Shown one piece after another: positions 37,058 to 46,223 of a stretch of 54,011 bases of DNA. The stretch comes from a virus (Duplodnaviria > Caudoviricetes). The stretch is taken from positions 1 to 54,011 of IMG/VR virus record IMGVR_UViG_3300003465_000009. One strand, 5' to 3'. Position 1 is the stretch's first letter; the number at the start of each line of letters is the position of its first letter. Below the pieces are notes generated by a model. The model did no database searches. It had not been told where the DNA came from and was given only the letters and a program-made list of their open reading frames with translations. The translations under genes and the position numbers were made by a program.

Positions 37058-38089
37058 TCACAGCAACACGATCGGCGCAATAGCCAACTGAGCGGCAGAT
37101 CGAATGCGAATCGGCGACGTACCGCCAGTCGCCGCATTGCTTAAACGTCGAATGAAACCGCGCACGTCCAAACTGCGAGCCTTCCGGCAGTCGATGCCAA
37201 AATCGTTGTCGACCGTGACGCAGTCTCGCACTGTCACGCATGTGCTTTGGGAGTCGATCGGGTCAATCAATATTGCGGTGGTCCCTGGAGCCGCCAGTGC
37301 CCCAGGTTGATTCTCGAAAACGCAGCTATCAATCAGAAGCGTTCCGATCGTCCCGACCCTCAGTCCGATTCCTGGCTTGTACGTCTCATCCGTGGAGGGA
37401 TCGAGAATATCGAACTTGACAGCTGACACTCGCATTGAGGATGGTCGAACCAGTTCTGTCATATCGAACGCGAGCCCGGTTCCGCAAAGTGATACCCACC
37501 CGTTGGCCCAGTGACCGCTAAAGGTGTCGATCAATCCACCGACATTGCACCCCATAACGAACGACTGGTCGACAACCCAGCCTGCGTTGTCTCCCGACGC
37601 ACCTTTTTGTAACCGGGCTCCAACATCTCCCCAAAACATTCCGACGTTGCGCAGCGACCAGCGGTTGACGTTGCGTAGATTCACGAGCGTCATCGTGCCT
37701 GGAGATCCCGTCTTCATCCCGCCGGCATCCCAAATTGACAAGTCCGAAATTGCCGGACCCGCCTGCTCAGTATCGGTCCCGAGATTACCGACGCCGTCGC
37801 ACTGCAACACGACCATGCCGGGGGTAGTGCCGATGAGGTTACTGCTCGACCTGCCGGTCGCCGCCGGAACTTCCCCGAACTTGCTGGCTCGGAACGCCCC
37901 GCCATTACTGCCACTCAGGCGAATGGACGGCTTGCTTACCGCGATGGTCTTTGAGACCAAATAGTCACCGGGCGGAAACCAGATTGACGAGCCGAACGGC
38001 GACCGATCAATCGCAGCTTGAATAGCCGCTGCATCGTCCGCAACTCCGTCGCCCCTCGCTCCAAAAGTTTTCACGTTGATGGATTGCAT
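37058..38089 (-). CDS. pectate lyase 3-like beta-helix protein
   Basis: INVKTFGARGDGVADDAAAIQAAID...WFPPGDY. Confidence 0.85.
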   Translation of the reverse strand: MQSINVKTFGARGDGVADDAAAIQAAIDRSPFGSSIWFPPGDYLVSKTIAVSKPSIRLSGSNGGAFRASKFGEVPAATGRSSSNLIGTTPGMVVLQCDGVGNLGTDTEQAGPAISDLSIWDAGGMKTGSPGTMTLVNLRNVNRWSLRNVGMFWGDVGARLQKGASGDNAGWVVDQSFVMGCNVGGLIDTFSGHWANGWVSLCGTGLAFDMTELVRPSSMRVSAVKFDILDPSTDETYKPGIGLRVGTIGTLLIDSCVFENQPGALAAPGTTAILIDPIDSQSTCVTVRDCVTVDNDFGIDCRKARSLDVRGFIRRLSNAATGGTSPIRIRSAAQLAIAPIVLL

Positions 38090-38091
38090 AT

Positions 38092-38280
38092 TTAATCCGG
38101 GTTCGCGGTCATGTTTCCGCAGTAGCCGCATTCGAGAGGCACGAGCGGTTCGCCCTGGCCTCGATCAAGTTCGATCACTGAGACTTGCTTGTGACCGCAC
38201 ATCGTGCATGTGCATGGACCTTGCCACCAACGGGCGTCGGGATCGACGTAGTTCGGATCATTCTCGTCAAGGATGCTCAT
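38092..38280 (-). CDS. Zn-ribbon protein
   Basis: CTMCGH...ECGYCG; ATGA overlap. Confidence 0.7.
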   Translation of the reverse strand: MSILDENDPNYVDPDARWWQGPCTCTMCGHKQVSVIELDRGQGEPLVPLECGYCGNMTANPD

Positions 38281-38729
38281 TCGATCAGTCCTTTTTGACT
38301 CTCATTTTCAATGCGTTCGGCGGACATGTCAGAAGCTTCCTGTTCAAGTTCCTGGAGAGGCTTCAAAGCTGGCGTCGCAGCAATATTCAATGCATCCTCA
38401 AGCTGAGACAAACGAGCCTCGATGTCCGCGTTTCCTTTTAGCCGCATAAGGTAATCCAGGATTGCTGTTGAAGCTTTGAGCCTGTCGCTCGTCTTTTCAG
38501 CCTTCTCAGAGATTTCAACAAGTCGTTTAGCTGCCCCAGCCGCTGCCCCAGCAAGGATTCCAGCAGCTTCATCCAAAATCCTCCGACGTGCGTCCCTAAC
38601 GTGATTATTAAATTCTGGATCTTCAAGTTGCCTCCACATGGTCCGCAAACTGACTCCTGTTAGCTTTGCGGTTTCGGCGACAGTTTCACCGCGAGCAAGA
38701 CACATTACAGCTAAATCGACGTTCCTCAT
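38277..38729 (-). CDS. HTH protein (TerS-like architecture)
   Basis: LARGETVAETAKLTGVSLRT...DPEF...RLKASTAILD; AGGAG RBS. Confidence 0.75.
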   Translation of the reverse strand: MRNVDLAVMCLARGETVAETAKLTGVSLRTMWRQLEDPEFNNHVRDARRRILDEAAGILAGAAAGAAKRLVEISEKAEKTSDRLKASTAILDYLMRLKGNADIEARLSQLEDALNIAATPALKPLQELEQEASDMSAERIENESQKGLIE

Positions 38730-38873
38730 TGATTCACACTCCTAAGGTTAAAAACTCCCCGTTTTGCAGGTCAGACGTTTTCTATTTACGAAGCCGTGCC
38801 AACCAAGTAAGTAGAAGTCTGATTACTAACGCCGGGGCACGCGGTGCCACGGGGAAACAGCACCGACCGCTAA

Positions 38874-39071
38874 CTATTCGTCGGACTCGCCGTCATCTTG
38901 AATATTTTGCGATGGATTTCTTTTTAGAAGTTCTTCCTTCACAATTTTCCGGACGGTGACACGAGTCACGTTTGACCGGCGAGCCATCTCCGAAACACTG
39001 AACCCGCGGTCGCGCAACCACATGATGAGACTCCGCGTTCCGTCGTCAGTCGCCTTGCCGCTAACAGCCAC
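38874..39071 (-). CDS. small HTH DNA-binding protein
   Basis: RGFSVSEMARRSNVTRVTVRKIV. Confidence 0.7.
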   Translation of the reverse strand: MAVSGKATDDGTRSLIMWLRDRGFSVSEMARRSNVTRVTVRKIVKEELLKRNPSQNIQDDGESDE

Positions 39072-39073
39072 GA

Positions 39074-39391
39074 CTACCCCGCTTTCATGCGTCTCGAAAA
39101 CGACGCTTTGGCTTGTCCGATCGTCAACACCGTCTTAATGACGAAGTGCCGCGCCTTCTCGATGCACACGAAAACCACCTGCTGCGGGTTGATCCGCTCA
39201 TCGCTCAACAGATAAAGCTTTCTCGACCCGTCGCGCAGCCTGTAGCTGGGGCCATACTCAATGCCCGTCAAAACCAGCCGAACCATGCTTCGACGAATAG
39301 CGCGTTGCGTAGTACACGATCCGCCGGACCGCTGCCGGAACCGGTGAACCGAATGCGATGTCATCACGATGCGTCGGCGTTGCCTTGTCAT
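39074..39391 (-). CDS. hypothetical basic protein (DUF4258/RelE-like?)
   Basis: TSHSVHRFRQR...VIKTVL; TGATG overlap. Confidence 0.6.
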   Translation of the reverse strand: MTRQRRRIVMTSHSVHRFRQRSGGSCTTQRAIRRSMVRLVLTGIEYGPSYRLRDGSRKLYLLSDERINPQQVVFVCIEKARHFVIKTVLTIGQAKASFSRRMKAG

Positions 39392-40005
39392 CACAGTGCC
39401 TCCGTGGATGGTGACCAGACCCAGCGAATCCAGCAGCGACAAACGGGGTGAATCGGCGGACCAGCGGCATACCTGTGCCGCCAGTATCGTTCTGGCTTTC
39501 CGTCAAGGCTCTGGCATTCTTTACAAACCTTGCCGTCTCGCTCAGTAAACCAGTAACCGACCAGGGTGCCGGCGCCAGACCGATTGACTTTCTTTGAGAG
39601 GTCTCGCTCGCCGCGAGTGATGGCCCGCGTGATCTCCGTCGCCGCGATTACGATCGCTGCCCCTGCCAGCGCGTGCCCGATCAGGAAGCCATCGTCTTTT
39701 TCGTCCGCGGCTGTGAACCGCTTCCGCATTCCCTTCGCGATGTCTTTCGCCAGTGCCGTCGAGTACCTGGCTGCCCATCGTTCGGCCCGTCGCGCGGTCC
39801 CTTCGAGCGGAACGACGTACGAGATTTCATCCGCCAGTTGCAAGTAGGCTTCGAGGTATGTCGCGCCCAACTCGCCCGCTAATGCATCGCGGAGCTTGCT
39901 TGGAAAATCCGCCCGCAAGTAGGCTTCCGGGTCATCACGGAACAGCGACAGTATCGCCGCCTGCAGGCGATTTTCATTGGCCACCCGGTTGGCAAGTTCC
40001 GGCAT
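39391..40005 (-). CDS. phage head morphogenesis (Mu gpF/SPP1 gp7-like) protein
   Basis: IAATEITRA, W.TERD.KVC..C..LDG, PPIHPVCRC. Confidence 0.85.
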   Translation of the reverse strand: MPELANRVANENRLQAAILSLFRDDPEAYLRADFPSKLRDALAGELGATYLEAYLQLADEISYVVPLEGTARRAERWAARYSTALAKDIAKGMRKRFTAADEKDDGFLIGHALAGAAIVIAATEITRAITRGERDLSKKVNRSGAGTLVGYWFTERDGKVCKECQSLDGKPERYWRHRYAAGPPIHPVCRCWIRWVWSPSTEAL

Positions 40006-40016
40006 TGTCGGCCTGC

Positions 40017-42374
40017 CTAACTGTGACCGTTGCCGCCGGCCGATACGCCGCGCATCCGATCAAATACCGAACCGTAAAGCGTGTCGACCGCATTGCCGGA
40101 CAGAGGGATAACTGTCCTGGCTCCGTTGACTCCAGAGAAAACGAGCTTGTCGACGGTGATGACTTGGCCGCTGAGCTCGCACTCGCCAGCGTATTGCTTT
40201 CCCTTGCCAGCTTGGACATAGGCGAGCGTGATGTGGGGCCGATAAGCGTACCCGCCTTCCCGATGTGCGAACGAGTCGTTGAGCATCTCGTTGGCTTCTA
40301 CGGCATCTTCGCTTTCGACCTCCAGGATCACGACGTCGGTGTCCCGAGACTCGTCGGCCTCGAACACAGCGATGTTGCCGATGGTCAACTCGACCGGGTC
40401 CAGCGTCTGCAGTAAGCGAGCGACCTTGCGAGGTGCCACCGGGAGCAAGCCGTACATGATCGTTAGATGCGGCTCGTTCTCGATGCCTTTGTCAGCGAGC
40501 GCTGACTTGGGGATCTTGCGTGCGACTTCCCGTATCTCGTCGGCGATGCCGATCGGGAAAATGGCGAGCACCGATGCGTACTCGTGCATCGTCTTGGCAG
40601 CGGTCCCATTGACCTCGCCGGCCGCCGTTTGCAGTTCCGACTCATCATTCGGCGTAGCCAGCAAGCCGTCGATCGTTTGCGCCGCCAAGCCAATCGAGCT
40701 GAGAAACACCTTCGCCCGCTGCTCGTCGATCTTCCCGGATGCGAGATCATTCAGCACGTCGTCAATCGCGCGACGATTGCGGATCAGCTGCTGACGACTA
40801 AGGTTTCCAAGTTCACCGGTCCCGGTCGCAGTAGCCGCCGCGGCCGTTTCAACGCCACGCAACGGCGCGAGCATAGCCTCGATCTGCTCTGGCGGAATGG
40901 TTTGGAACGCCGCCCCAATGATGACCTTGGCCGAGTCAACCGGCAGTACCTTGCTCGACACCTGCTCGACGATCGAAAGCAAGCTGTCAATCTGCGCGCC
41001 ATTCAACGCCGTGTCCGATTGAGCCTGGGTGGGAGTCGCCGTCACGCCGGCTGCCGTTTCCACGTTCGGTGCCGCGGCCGGTTGCTCACCAGCTGAACCA
41101 GCGACTCGGTCGTCCCGCTCATCGTTGAACAGCTTTCGTCCGCGGAGCATGCGGATCTCACCGACGGTGATAGCGCCCGCCTGCAGGTCGGTTTGAATCT
41201 GTTGCTCCAGAATCTCAGGGTCATCGACTGTCGGGCAGGTTAGTTCAAGCGTTAAGTTTTCCTCGAACTCTACCGACTGTTGCTCGGTATCTTCCTCGGC
41301 CAGCAATGACGCCATCGGTTGAACGGTCAATTGAACCCACGCGCGGATACCCGCTGCAATGGAACCGTACGTCATGTTATCGACCAACCCGACAGCCGCT
41401 TTGTTGGTCCCATGAATCGCCAAAATGGAATCTCGCAGCTGCTCGAATCCCTCGACATAGCTCATGTCCTTGGGGTTCGTCGATAGCGGCGACACCGCCC
41501 CATGCGTAGCGACGAAAATCTTTCCGTGATTCCCGACGCCTCCGTATTTTTGGTTGAGCCGCTTCTCGTAAGCATCCAGCTCGGTTTGACTCGCTGCTTC
41601 GTAATCCTTCGGCGGACTAACCAACATGCTGGGGTCAGGACCGTTATGCATCTGAGCCCAGCGAGCACTATCAAGCATCGCGGCTGTGTCAATCCACTTT
41701 GACGCCGCCGCGGTCGGGCTGAACCCGTCGCCTTTCACGATCGGATGAGGCAGCCGAATAATCATCATGTCTTCGACAGAGATGACCTTGCCGACGGCGA
41801 GACTGTACCCGGTTGTCTCGGCGAATCCATCGGCATCGCGAGCCGAAAGTTGGCCGTGCGGCATGACTCGAAAACCACCAAGTGGAAGTCCGGGATGCGG
41901 TTGTATCGGTGCGCAGACGCACGTTGGCAGCACGTATCGCTCGACGGTGAGACCGAACGCATTGCGGACTTTCCACACGAGGCACGATCCTGTCAGACCG
42001 AGCTGAACGACTTGCTCGTAACGGAAGGATGATCCCGACTGCCACTTATTCGGCCTGGATTGCAGTTTGAGATAGCGATGGTCCGCTTCGACCGGGACGC
42101 CCGTGTCTTCGCGCTCGCTCGCCTTCTCGACGGACTCATCGGCGGGTCGGTACACAGCGACTTTAGCCTGCATGACCAGCTTGGCCATCGCGTGAATCGC
42201 AACGTAGTTCCAGCCGGTGAAGTGCTGTGATTCTGCGCCGTGGTCGCTGGCCCATTGACCGGGCTGCCCTTGGCGCACCGCTTGCCGCAATCCTGAGATC
42301 CCGCGAAGTGTCTTAGTCGTCCACCGCTGAAAGAAGTTGGTAACGACTCCCGCAATCCTGCGAAGGGGCTGCAT
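40017..42374 (-). CDS. HK97-type portal protein fused to a C-terminal 2H phosphoesterase (Acb1/LigT-like) domain
   Basis: portal motifs (RPNKWQS, LTGS, GFSP, DM, ITVGEIR) plus two HxT motifs PHLTI and PHITL; AGGAG RBS before ATG 42374. Confidence 0.85.
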   Translation of the reverse strand: MQPLRRIAGVVTNFFQRWTTKTLRGISGLRQAVRQGQPGQWASDHGAESQHFTGWNYVAIHAMAKLVMQAKVAVYRPADESVEKASEREDTGVPVEADHRYLKLQSRPNKWQSGSSFRYEQVVQLGLTGSCLVWKVRNAFGLTVERYVLPTCVCAPIQPHPGLPLGGFRVMPHGQLSARDADGFAETTGYSLAVGKVISVEDMMIIRLPHPIVKGDGFSPTAAASKWIDTAAMLDSARWAQMHNGPDPSMLVSPPKDYEAASQTELDAYEKRLNQKYGGVGNHGKIFVATHGAVSPLSTNPKDMSYVEGFEQLRDSILAIHGTNKAAVGLVDNMTYGSIAAGIRAWVQLTVQPMASLLAEEDTEQQSVEFEENLTLELTCPTVDDPEILEQQIQTDLQAGAITVGEIRMLRGRKLFNDERDDRVAGSAGEQPAAAPNVETAAGVTATPTQAQSDTALNGAQIDSLLSIVEQVSSKVLPVDSAKVIIGAAFQTIPPEQIEAMLAPLRGVETAAAATATGTGELGNLSRQQLIRNRRAIDDVLNDLASGKIDEQRAKVFLSSIGLAAQTIDGLLATPNDESELQTAAGEVNGTAAKTMHEYASVLAIFPIGIADEIREVARKIPKSALADKGIENEPHLTIMYGLLPVAPRKVARLLQTLDPVELTIGNIAVFEADESRDTDVVILEVESEDAVEANEMLNDSFAHREGGYAYRPHITLAYVQAGKGKQYAGECELSGQVITVDKLVFSGVNGARTVIPLSGNAVDTLYGSVFDRMRGVSAGGNGHS

Positions 42375-42449
42375 CCGTGGCTCCTGGAGAAAAGCGCCCC
42401 GCCGGTAAAATCCCGTAAACCGGACGGGGCAGTCGGCCCATTGCAATAG

Positions 42450-42482
42450 CCAGACTATCAATCCAAATGGATTTTGCAATAG
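42450..42482 (-). promoter_or_regulatory. putative portal-operon promoter (TTGCAA-N16-TAGTCT) with a palindromic operator in the spacer
   Basis: ATCCAAATGGAT palindrome; near-identical 16-mer at 46190-46205. Confidence 0.45.
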
Positions 42483-42492
42483 AAGTCAGCGG

Positions 42493-42714
42493 TTAAGGCT
42501 GAATATCCATCATCGCCCGCTTCGCTTTTTCGAGCCGATCGCGAGCGTCGTTCCGCTCGTTTGCCAGTTCGAGCGTCTGCTTTTTCTTCTGCTCAACCGT
42601 CGCACGAAGTTCCTCGTTTTGCGACTTGAGATCGTCGCAGCGCTCAAGAGCCCGGCACCATAGCGACGCCAGTACCATGACAGCGGCAATCAGAAAGAAG
42701 ACAGTCCATGCCAT
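42493..42714 (-). CDS. membrane-anchored coiled-coil protein
   Basis: GGAGGG RBS; N-terminal TM helix then heptads. Confidence 0.7.
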   Translation of the reverse strand: MAWTVFFLIAAVMVLASLWCRALERCDDLKSQNEELRATVEQKKKQTLELANERNDARDRLEKAKRAMMDIQP

Positions 42715-42738
42715 TTGTCCACCCTCCGTGAATGAAAA

Positions 42739-42869
42739 AATGCACGACCGTCGCTGACTCTCCAGGTCGCATTTCCGGGGCGCGTGCCTGGGGTTGGGGG
42801 ACTCCCAACGTGACGGGGGAGACAACCGTCGCTGTCTCGTACCGGCCTCGCCAGCAATTGGCGTGCATT
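42739..42869 (-). ncRNA. candidate structured RNA
   Basis: closing stem AATGCACG/CGTGCATT, several internal hairpins, ends in a U-tract. Confidence 0.35.
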
Positions 42870-43064
42870 CAATATCGTATTCGCCGGTGCCGATCCTGTC
42901 TTGGTATTTTCGGATAGATTTTTGAACAGATTGGTGTCGGATCAATCGGCGACTGATCGAAATCCAACCGGACTCGCCCGGAACCGGCCCGACTGCACAG
43001 GCGCACGACTTGCTGACTTCCACCGTGTTCAGAATTCTTGGCAAGTTAGACAAGGGAATGTGTC

Positions 43065-43286
43065 ATGCTCGTACTTACCCGCCGGCTCGGGGAAACGATC
43101 GTTATCGACGGCAATATCACGGTTGAGGTCGTAGAGATCGACGGCAATCGGATTAAACTCGGCGTCACGGCGCCGCGCGAGGTGCGCGTCGACCGTAAAG
43201 AGATTCACGACGAGAGGATTTCCGGCATCCCAAAGAATCTCCGGCACACTGGCCACTGCCGGCAGGAACCGGTGCTCGTGAGTTAG
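43065..43286 (+). CDS. csrA: carbon storage regulator CsrA
   Basis: MLVLTRRLGETIVIDGNITVEVVEIDGNRIKLGVTAPREVRVDRKEI. Confidence 0.95.
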   Translation: MLVLTRRLGETIVIDGNITVEVVEIDGNRIKLGVTAPREVRVDRKEIHDERISGIPKNLRHTGHCRQEPVLVS

Positions 43287-43420
43287 GATCGATCCTAGAC
43301 GCCTACGCTCACTCCAAGGGTTTTTGCGACTGTCTCCTGTCTGGCGAGCGGTACGGCACGGCTTCTGGACTCCGCATCGCTCCGTTGAAGAGTTGCTTGC
43401 TGTCCGTCTAGGACCTGTCA

Positions 43421-43639
43421 TCACATGATACCCAGCTGCTGGCACCGTCGCACCGCCGCCGTGAGTTTGTTGTTATCGCCGCGGATGCCTGCCCGGATGG
43501 CAGCAATCATCGCAAGCTCGCGTTTCTGCTTTTGCTCCCGAGCCTCCGCGACAGCCAGTTCGGGTGGATTCAATGTTCGGCCGAACGGCGATTTCGCCAG
43601 CTTCGCCGAAATGTGAAGAACGGTGTCGTTCAGGTTCAT
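43421..43639 (-). CDS. hypothetical protein
   Basis: 72 aa; TTGATA-N17-TACATG promoter-like site upstream (about 43740-43768). Confidence 0.5.
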   Translation of the reverse strand: MNLNDTVLHISAKLAKSPFGRTLNPPELAVAEAREQKQKRELAMIAAIRAGIRGDNNKLTAAVRRCQQLGIM

Positions 43640-43800
43640 CGGACTGCCCAGTTGCGATTGGAGAATGCTCGGCCGTCATCCTCCATGCAGTGAATCAGGC
43701 CACCCCGTGTCGCCCGATACCGCTGAGTGATTCGCCGACATGTAGCGCATATTCGCAAATCTATCAAAATAGATTTGTTCACCGGGACGGTTGTTCAGCA

Positions 43801-45534
43801 CTACGATTGCAGTTTGACGTAGTGGTCGTTCCAGCGAACGCAGCACGCTGGAGAATGCGGAGCGGCATCGGTATTCCCGGTCTCCCGGCACTGGGCGCAG
43901 CAATACTCGGTCCCCGGTTCGATGAGCCGTTGGCACCCGGCGGTCTTGCAGATGTGGCCGTAGCCGCCGTCTTGCGCAGGCGGATCGGTCGCACCGGCTA
44001 CAAGGAGTTTTTTGCGAGGGCGCGCAAGGTAACGATAGGCACCCGCTGCAGCGTCGACACGGTTGTCCTTCGCCCCGTGTGGAAACACGCACAGTTCGTC
44101 AATCAATGCCTTATTCCAATGGGCCTCGACCATATAGAAATGGCCTCTCTCGCATTCGATCGCGAGTGGCTCAGCTCGAATGGGTTTGGCAGTGATAGGC
44201 TTTTCGACGCCGACTCTCAATCCGCGAAGACGATCGACTGAAATCTCGGCTGACTGCTTTCCGCCGGAACCAGGCTCTTGCTCGAATCGCGTCATCACGG
44301 TCAGACCGTACTCGGTCTCGTCCATCACGGCTGTCAAGTCAATATTGTCGTCTCGCTTGCCGGCTGACCATTGACCGACGACAACGTCCAGAGCAAAAAA
44401 ATCATCGCCCTTTCGTCCAATCAAAACGCCGGCAGTGTCGTCGCCAGCATCTTGTGTTCCTGCTTTGTCCCAGTACCGACACAGTGCATCGAATTCGCTT
44501 GGCCGAGGGAGACGCTCCGGCTTAATGATTTTGTTGTTGAACCACTCACGCTTGAACATTCCGCCTTCGCGAGGAGCCGGCCTCTGCTGCAGCTGGCCAG
44601 CAGCACCATATGAGCCAAGGCTATATTCGAATTCGCGTACCTTGTCTTCACCAAAGACGGAAGGCCAAAGTAACTCTCGCCCAGCGAACTCCCCGCCCGG
44701 TGCGCGCAGATCGCTCCAAAACTCTCCCGTCGAACCTCGCCGAAATGGCATTACTTTCATTCTGTCTGGTTCGTACCGCATCGGCACGCACACATGAACC
44801 CAGTCCGGTTTCTTCAAGACGTGCCCTGACAGATCCTCCTCGTTCAGTCTCTGCATGACTCCAACACGTTCGGATCGTTTGGACGCACCGCGGAGTGTGA
44901 CAGTCAGGTCCCACCAATCGAGAACCGACTGCCGCTCGGTCGGACTTTCAGCGCGCTTGACGTTATGTGGGTCGTCAAAACAAAAACAGTCTGGATGCTC
45001 TCCCGTACCTCGACCATTTGGAATAGTGGATAGCCTGAATCCGCCGGCCGTCGTTTCGTAATACACCTTTTGGTTTTGGTCACTGGCAAACTCAACCTTG
45101 TCGCCCCACCGCTCTTGATACCACGGAGACTCGATCAGGTTTCTGGTGCGCACCGCATCGCGAATTGATAACCCGTGATCGTAACAAGCGAAGACGAATC
45201 GCAACCACGGCTTCCGCGCCCACCGCCACGCCGGCCAGAACACGGACGTGATGAGCGATTTTGTACAGCCGGGTGGCACGTTCATTAGGAGCTTCAATAC
45301 CGCCCCTTCGTGAACAGCCTGAAGCGCGTCGGCCATTAGCTCAACGTGCCAATTGTGTTGATACGGATTAGGCTCGATGATCGGCCAAGCCTGCAGGATG
45401 AAGTCGAAGAAACTGGCTTCGCACAGCTGCCGAGACGCATCAATTACTGCTTGGGGTTGTCGAAGCCAATCGCTCCACTGGGCTTCCAGTTGCGCCTGAT
45501 CCCATTGAGGCAGACATTCTTGCTGCGATTCCAT
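43801..45534 (-). CDS. terL: terminase large subunit
   Basis: NVPPGCTKS Walker A, FDDPH Walker B, VMQRL, YWDKA, EQEPGSGGK, FPHG..DNRVDA; C-terminal Cys-rich tail. Confidence 0.95.
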   Translation of the reverse strand: MESQQECLPQWDQAQLEAQWSDWLRQPQAVIDASRQLCEASFFDFILQAWPIIEPNPYQHNWHVELMADALQAVHEGAVLKLLMNVPPGCTKSLITSVFWPAWRWARKPWLRFVFACYDHGLSIRDAVRTRNLIESPWYQERWGDKVEFASDQNQKVYYETTAGGFRLSTIPNGRGTGEHPDCFCFDDPHNVKRAESPTERQSVLDWWDLTVTLRGASKRSERVGVMQRLNEEDLSGHVLKKPDWVHVCVPMRYEPDRMKVMPFRRGSTGEFWSDLRAPGGEFAGRELLWPSVFGEDKVREFEYSLGSYGAAGQLQQRPAPREGGMFKREWFNNKIIKPERLPRPSEFDALCRYWDKAGTQDAGDDTAGVLIGRKGDDFFALDVVVGQWSAGKRDDNIDLTAVMDETEYGLTVMTRFEQEPGSGGKQSAEISVDRLRGLRVGVEKPITAKPIRAEPLAIECERGHFYMVEAHWNKALIDELCVFPHGAKDNRVDAAAGAYRYLARPRKKLLVAGATDPPAQDGGYGHICKTAGCQRLIEPGTEYCCAQCRETGNTDAAPHSPACCVRWNDHYVKLQS

Positions 45535-46135
45535 GCACTACTCGCAATTCAGCAACGCTGAGCTGGGACAGCGGCACAGGTGGGGTAGACACCTCGACCT
45601 TCACCGGGTTCTCGTCATCACCGGAATGCTGGATTTTCTTCGGCTTATCAAGCCCCAGCAGTTCGCATCGTTTGTGAACACATTGCAAAACCTGATTTAA
45701 GAATGCCGGGTTTCCATCCCGTTCCTCACGCCGTTGCTCTCGAACTGTCTCGGTAACCTGTGGTGGCGCAGCCCCGCCGCTTTCAACCGGGGCGACGTTT
45801 CCGTGCGTTTGAGCAAGAGCCCGCGTCCGACTTTCCTTCCGGCTCAACTTGCGAGGAGACTTCGAGCGTTCCCACGCCGCCCATGCCTCTGATTCAATGG
45901 CGTCCAAGCGGTCGAGTTCATGCCCCAACGCCTCATCGAAATCACGAACTGCCGATTCTTTCCACGCCTGTTTGATCGCCGTGATGTCACGGCTGACTGC
46001 AGTTCGTTGGTTCGGCTTCAGATTCAACTGCCGGCAAATCTCGTATTGGTTTGAGACGCCACGCAATAATAGTTCGGCGACCCTGGACCGGCGAGAAAGG
46101 ATCTGAGCCTGTTGAGCATTACTTACCATGTGCAT
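45440..46135 (-). CDS. terminase small subunit-like HTH protein
   Basis: HTH (EICRQL...AVSRDI), ELDRLD, AWERSK, RCELLGLDKP; directly upstream of TerL. Confidence 0.7.
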   Translation of the reverse strand: MHMVSNAQQAQILSRRSRVAELLLRGVSNQYEICRQLNLKPNQRTAVSRDITAIKQAWKESAVRDFDEALGHELDRLDAIESEAWAAWERSKSPRKLSRKESRTRALAQTHGNVAPVESGGAAPPQVTETVREQRREERDGNPAFLNQVLQCVHKRCELLGLDKPKKIQHSGDDENPVKVEVSTPPVPLSQLSVAELRVVHGIAARMSASMGSGATGSPVERLASTTPSSN

Positions 46136-46145
46136 CCATCCGTGT

Positions 46146-46175
46146 GCATCATAAAAATCAACTTACCCAGTCGCA
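46146..46175 (-). promoter_or_regulatory. putative promoter TTGCGA-N17-TATGAT for the terminase operon
   Basis: AT-rich gap with consensus-like hexamers. Confidence 0.45.
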
Positions 46176-46223
46176 ATGTCAAGCGGAATATCCATTTAGA
46201 TTGATTTTATTATGCCGCGCAGT

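Noticed and set aside
42715-43053. N-terminal extension of the 42493..43053 ORF
   Set aside because: A strong RBS and ATG at 42714 precede the TM helix; the upstream part is better explained as regulatory or structured RNA.
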